From assembly GCA_964478085.1 (NCBI GenBank), contig CAYZGY010000001.1, positions 1-49,835 of the forward strand: DNA of 49,835 nt, written 5' to 3'. Position 1 is the first letter of the stretch, and the number at the start of each line of letters is the position of its first letter. This document shows, one piece after another, positions 45,691 through 49,835 of this stretch. The stretch comes from an uncultured Planctomycetia bacterium (GTDB lineage Bacteria; Planctomycetota; UBA8108). A program made the position numbers and the translations under genes. The notes below the pieces were generated by a model, which made no database searches, was not told where the DNA came from, and was given only the letters and a program-made list of their open reading frames with translations.

Positions 45691-46975
45691 CACGTCCTCC
45701 GCGATCCCGATCGTCGTGATCGGGGCCATCGCGATCGCGGCGGGACTCTTTCACCAGAGTGCCGGCGGCATCGCATTCGGAGCGATGCTGACCTCCGTAC
45801 CGCTCGTCGTCCTCGGCGCCCTCCGCCGAAGCGTCCGCAAGCTGACGATTCGGCGCAACGCGCCGCAGACGGTCTACGAAGGGGACGAGGTCGAGATTCT
45901 CATCCAGATCGAGAACGGCTCGAACCTGCCGCTCTTTTTCCCTGAGGTGAGCGAGATCTTCGCGCCGGAGATTCACGCGCAGAAAGACGTGCTCTTTCCG
46001 GACCGCCTCGCGCCCAAGGAGGTCGCGGAGCGCAGCTACATCGGCGACTGCCTCTTGCCGCGCGGCCTGTACTCGATCGGGCCGACCGCCGTCGCCGTCT
46101 CGGATCCCTTCGGCTGGTTCCAGGTGCGCAAGGAGCTCAAGGGGACGCGGCAGATCAAGGTCTACCCGCGCGTTCACGACATCCGTCTGCGCGAGCAGCT
46201 CGGTGATTGCGTCTCGCACGTCGTCGACGAGATGACGCGTCCGTCACTCGGCGAATCGAACGAGTTCCTCAGCGTTCGGGAGTATCGCGTCGGCGATCCT
46301 CTTCGTCGCGTGCACTGGGGCCTGACCGCACGACGTGGCTTTCCAGTCGTGCGTGAGTTCGCTCGAACGTCGACCGGGGACATGACGATCTTCCTCGACA
46401 CCTACAAGCTCGCGCTCACGGGCGTCGGTCGAAGCTCGAGTATCGAGCACAGCGTCAAGATCGCCGGCTCGTTTGCAGCGAAGGCCATCGGACGAGGACA
46501 TCGCGTTCAACTGATCGCTGGCGAAGAGGAGGAACAGCGCACGCCGCTTTCCTCGGGATCGGTTCAGTTCCAACGTGTGCTCGACGTGCTGGTCGGGGTC
46601 AAGCCGACCGGAAAGAAGCCACTGCCGGAAGTTCTCGAAGCCAACGCCCGGGAGGTCGCGCCAGGCACGACCGTCGTCGTGACCGTCAGCCGTTATCTTC
46701 TCAACGACCGGCGCTTCGAGTCGGTCCTCCGCGTTTGGCGGGCGCGCGGAGTGCGCGTCGTCACGGTCATCTTCGACGTCGGATCGTTCTTGAGCGTCTG
46801 GGGACGACCTGAGGAGGAGCTGAAGCCGAGCGACTCGGACGAGTGCCACCGCCGGTTCCAGGCGCTCGGATTCGACAGCTTCATCCTTTCGTCAGGTGCC
46901 GATCTGCGCGCGGTGTTTGCCGGTCTGGGCACGGTGCGCTCGAGAGAGTCGCGCGGAGAGGCCGCGAGCCGATGA
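45659..46975 (+). CDS. DUF58 domain protein (MoxR-associated, vWA-like fold)
   Basis: 438-aa ORF with two N-terminal TM segments. The hallmark motif EFLSVREYRVGDPLRRVHWGLTARRGFPVVREF is present. It overlaps the MoxR gene by 32 nt. Confidence 0.9.
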   Translation: MTDGQLKFRVNTSSAIPIVVIGAIAIAAGLFHQSAGGIAFGAMLTSVPLVVLGALRRSVRKLTIRRNAPQTVYEGDEVEILIQIENGSNLPLFFPEVSEIFAPEIHAQKDVLFPDRLAPKEVAERSYIGDCLLPRGLYSIGPTAVAVSDPFGWFQVRKELKGTRQIKVYPRVHDIRLREQLGDCVSHVVDEMTRPSLGESNEFLSVREYRVGDPLRRVHWGLTARRGFPVVREFARTSTGDMTIFLDTYKLALTGVGRSSSIEHSVKIAGSFAAKAIGRGHRVQLIAGEEEEQRTPLSSGSVQFQRVLDVLVGVKPTGKKPLPEVLEANAREVAPGTTVVVTVSRYLLNDRRFESVLRVWRARGVRVVTVIFDVGSFLSVWGRPEEELKPSDSDECHRRFQALGFDSFILSSGADLRAVFAGLGTVRSRESRGEAASR

Positions 46976-49692
46976 GATTATTCTACGACGAGTACACCTC
47001 GACCAAGCGCGCCGACATCGTCCTCCTCTTCGCGGACTGCCTCGCGATCATGAGCGCGTTCCTCTTCGTGACGGGGAGTCCGTTCTACGCGCACGAGAGC
47101 ACCTGGGACGTCGCCCTGCTCGCCGTTTGGGCGATCATCCCCCGCAACATCGCGAAATTCCTGGCGTGGCTCGGGCGCCCGCGTGAGTTCATCCTGAGCT
47201 TCGGAATGTCGCTGCTCTTCGTCCTCAGCGTGACGCTTCTCCTCGTCGCGGGCTGGGAGATTCTCGATCTGACGATGGCGAACGAGCAGCCGATTCGAAC
47301 CGGGAGCGCCGTTCTCGTTCTCGTCACTTGGGGATGTGGCTTCCTCCTCTGCCATCCGCGGAGCTACCGCTTACACGACTTCCTGCTCGCGTCCGTGATG
47401 CTCCTCGGACTCTTGCAACGCATGCCTGCGACGTTTCTCTGGCTCCCACTCTTCCTGATCGGCATGGGACTCTCAGCGACGTGCCGCCACCTTCTCTACG
47501 ACATCTTTCCCGGGGTCCGGCGCGCGCGTCTCAATCTCCAAAACGTCCGCTCGCTCTCACTCATGTTCGCGCTCGCGGGACTGCTCGTCTTCGGCGCGGT
47601 CTACGTCGCGCTCTACCCGCTCCTCGACAAGCGCGTCGAGGACAAGGCCGTCGCGTCGGGTCGCGGCCGAAACTGGTTCCCGTGGGGTCGCGGACAGAAC
47701 CGGGCCCCGTCCCCCGCGGGCTGGTCGGGCCTCTTCGGTTCCCAAGAAGGCGGTAGTGGCGGTCCGAACGACCAGTTCGGCATGCGCGGCGGCGTCGGGC
47801 AGAACGGTGAGGGCATGAGCTTCGACGGACCGTCGGGCGGAGACGGTAACGGCGGTGAGCGTCAAATCGCGTTTTCGCATCGTATCCAATTGCGCGACCT
47901 CGCGACGCCTCGGTTCGACTCCCGCAAGGTCTTTCGCGTGCGCGTCAAGTCGCCTCCCGGTGAGCTTCCAAGTGGACAGATCGTCGAACCGAACTCGACG
48001 ACGCTTTGGAAGGTGCTCTCGTTCTCCGACTTCGACGCAGCCTCGGCGAGTTGGGCCGTCGACACGGACTACGCACGCCGCGAATGGGACGAGAATCTGA
48101 CCTACACGGTCTCCGCTGATAACCGAGGCTCTTGGAACGACAGCGCGCCCGAGGTCTGGCTCCGCTTCGACGTTCTTCGACCGGTCTTTCGCAATCTCGT
48201 CTCGCCGTACGCGCCCGTTCGTTTCGGACCCGTGCTCACGCCGCGAGATTCGACGGACTCGGTACCGCTCAGCGAAGCCGACGTCAACTCGGGGCCGAAG
48301 GAACGGTTCTTCATGCAGAACACCTTCGGCGACGTCGTCCCTTACCCGCCCCTTCAAACAGGCTCGTCGTACTACGCGCTCGTACGGATGAGCGGCGGCG
48401 GTCTGATACTTCCGAGAGGGAAGGCGGATTATGGCACTCATCCCGACCCGAGATACCTCGCGCTGCCGGCGGCGGAGATCACCCACGTCGACCTCGTGCG
48501 TGAAGCGCGACAGATCACGTCGGGCATGCGCTCCATTCAGGACAAGGTGCAGGCGTTACTCAGGCACTACTCGAGGAAGTTCCGCCGGTCGAACGCGACG
48601 ACGTGGCAGGGGCAGGGCGATCACCTCAAGAAGTTCATCATCGATGAGCGTATCGGAGACTGCACGTACTTCTCGACCGCGACGGCGCTCCTTCTGCGAG
48701 CGGCTAATGTATCGACGCGCCTCGCGGTGGGCTTTGTCGGTTGCGACCGGGAAGACGGCGAGACGTGGGCCGTCCGCAACATGAATGCGCACGGCTGGGT
48801 CGAGGTGTACCTTCCCACGCAGGGTTGGTTTCCGCTCGACCCGACGGCCTTCGCGCCGGCGGCACAAATCCGTCCCGGTGACTTCCGCCGTGGGTTCTCG
48901 ACCGATCCGTTCGATCCTCGCCCCGGTGGCTTCGACCGTGGCGAGGGAGATCTCGGCGACGATCCTGAAGAGCCGATTCAACCTTTCGCGCAGACCGAGC
49001 CGCGGGAAGTCCGCCCGGCGGCCCCGCTCCCCACGACGGGGCGACGGGAGGACGATCGCACGGAGGAGCCCGAAGGTCTCGCCATCCAGCACCTCCCGGA
49101 GCGAGACGGCGACGGCTACGCCGGACTATTCCCCGACGGATTCTTCGATCGCCGAGGAAACGTTCCGAGAGGACCGGAGAGGGCTCGCGGCGACATGCCC
49201 CCGCCACCCGACGTCTCTCCGGAGGACAAGCAGCGGACCGCCACGTTTCTCAAAGCAGCCATCGTTCGCGTCGTCCTCGTCATCCTGGGCGGAGGTGCCG
49301 CTCTCCTCGCTGCGTTCGCATTCTTGCGGCCGCGCAAGAAGGACGACGAGAACGCGGAAGCGGAGGAAGTCGAGGAAGACGTCCCCGACCCTCTCGGCCT
49401 GGACGCGACACCGAGCCGATCGTGGGTCCCGAAGGACGATCGTGAAGCGGTCCTGGCGGAGTACCATCGCATGCAGGTCGACCTCGCACGCACGCGCAGC
49501 CACCGTCAACCGCACCAAACCCCGGTCGAGCACGGTCGGCGCTACCGAGGACAGAGCGAAGAGCTCGACGGTGCCTTCGGACTCCTCCACCGCATCCTCT
49601 ACCTCGTGCTCTACGGACGCCGCAAGCCGTCGGGCGGTGATGTCGTCGACGTGCAGAAGCAGTGTCGGACGATTCGCCGCCATTTGACCTGA
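46972..49692 (+). CDS. Transglutaminase-like membrane protein (TgpA-like: N-terminal TM bundle, transglutaminase core, DUF4129-like C-terminus)
   Basis: - ATG at 46972 overlaps the DUF58 stop (ATGA) and gives MRLFYDEYTS...
- Several TM helices are present.
- The core reads ERIGDCTYFSTATALLLRA...MNAHGWVEVY...FPLDPT, a Cys-His-Asp arrangement.
- A late TM segment follows, then a C-terminal LAEYHRM...LYLVLYGRR region.
- The track ORF start at 46843 is rejected. Confidence 0.88.
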   Translation: MRLFYDEYTSTKRADIVLLFADCLAIMSAFLFVTGSPFYAHESTWDVALLAVWAIIPRNIAKFLAWLGRPREFILSFGMSLLFVLSVTLLLVAGWEILDLTMANEQPIRTGSAVLVLVTWGCGFLLCHPRSYRLHDFLLASVMLLGLLQRMPATFLWLPLFLIGMGLSATCRHLLYDIFPGVRRARLNLQNVRSLSLMFALAGLLVFGAVYVALYPLLDKRVEDKAVASGRGRNWFPWGRGQNRAPSPAGWSGLFGSQEGGSGGPNDQFGMRGGVGQNGEGMSFDGPSGGDGNGGERQIAFSHRIQLRDLATPRFDSRKVFRVRVKSPPGELPSGQIVEPNSTTLWKVLSFSDFDAASASWAVDTDYARREWDENLTYTVSADNRGSWNDSAPEVWLRFDVLRPVFRNLVSPYAPVRFGPVLTPRDSTDSVPLSEADVNSGPKERFFMQNTFGDVVPYPPLQTGSSYYALVRMSGGGLILPRGKADYGTHPDPRYLALPAAEITHVDLVREARQITSGMRSIQDKVQALLRHYSRKFRRSNATTWQGQGDHLKKFIIDERIGDCTYFSTATALLLRAANVSTRLAVGFVGCDREDGETWAVRNMNAHGWVEVYLPTQGWFPLDPTAFAPAAQIRPGDFRRGFSTDPFDPRPGGFDRGEGDLGDDPEEPIQPFAQTEPREVRPAAPLPTTGRREDDRTEEPEGLAIQHLPERDGDGYAGLFPDGFFDRRGNVPRGPERARGDMPPPPDVSPEDKQRTATFLKAAIVRVVLVILGGGAALLAAFAFLRPRKKDDENAEAEEVEEDVPDPLGLDATPSRSWVPKDDREAVLAEYHRMQVDLARTRSHRQPHQTPVEHGRRYRGQSEELDGAFGLLHRILYLVLYGRRKPSGGDVVDVQKQCRTIRRHLT

Positions 49693-49706
49693 GAGAAGAC
49701 CGTGGC

Positions 49707-49835
49707 ATGAGGGACGCGGATTCGTTTCGGCACGGAGAGTTCGAGATCCGTCGCGCGCCCGACGAAGACTCGGCCGCGGTCAACGCGCACATCGCCGCCG
49801 GCTATCGCGAGGAAACAGGCTGGATCCTCGACGGC
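49707..49835 (+). CDS. Partial ORF running off the window (5' end only), function unknown
   Basis: ATG at 49707 lies 15 nt after the previous stop. It reads MRDADSFRHGEFEIRRAPDEDSAAVNAHIAAGYREETGWILDG and stays open to the window edge. This is too short to assign. Confidence 0.3.
   Translation, partial: MRDADSFRHGEFEIRRAPDEDSAAVNAHIAAGYREETGWILDG

Noticed and set aside
1-49835. Mobile genetic elements, prophage, or defence-system genes (transposase, integrase, restriction-modification, toxin-antitoxin, Cas).
   Set aside because: None of the translated ORFs shows the corresponding motifs. The only nuclease-like gene is the isolated, apparently deleted Uma2 homologue.

Overview
This is a G+C-rich bacterial chromosomal segment, densely coding on both strands. 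No database search was possible; all family calls come from reading motifs in the translated ORFs.

**Likely origin.** The gene content suggests a Planctomycetota-type genome (inference). Supporting genes:
- a PSCyt1/PSCyt2/PSD protein followed by a DUF1501 protein
- an ECF sigma factor paired with a membrane Ser/Thr kinase
- a ThuA-discoidin-beta-propeller-HEAT-cytochrome c fusion
- a PQQ/BamB-like giant protein
- several dockerin-like EF-hand tails

**Giant secreted proteins.** About half the window encodes six very large secreted multidomain proteins (about 1140-1810 aa). Four of them, plus one orphan gene fragment, end in the same F-x-R-G-D dockerin-like double EF-hand module with a Cys-containing tail. 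One of the four also carries the module directly after its signal peptide.

**Most interesting locus.** The giant gene at 25114-29505 (minus) contains four super-repeats of about 270 aa. Each combines an SdrD-B/Cna-B-like unit with a Cys-rich unit of about 155 aa that I cannot assign to any family. This gene lies directly downstream of an ECF sigma factor. That sigma factor is divergently paired with a Ser/Thr kinase carrying an extracytoplasmic FGE/SUMF1-like domain.

**Right end.** A MoxR AAA+ ATPase, a DUF58 protein and a TgpA-like transglutaminase form an operon with overlapping start/stop codons.

**Damaged genes.** There are unusually many:
- an eroded hybrid histidine kinase
- two 5'-truncated gene fragments fused head to head
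- a WD40 gene with an in-frame TGA
- a Ser/Thr kinase paralogue with an in-frame TAG and a frame change
- a Uma2 nuclease gene with an apparent in-frame internal deletion
- a small secreted-protein gene split by an in-frame TGA that is followed by a hairpin

**Not found.** I recognised no rRNA, intact tRNA, CRISPR array, transposase or integrase.
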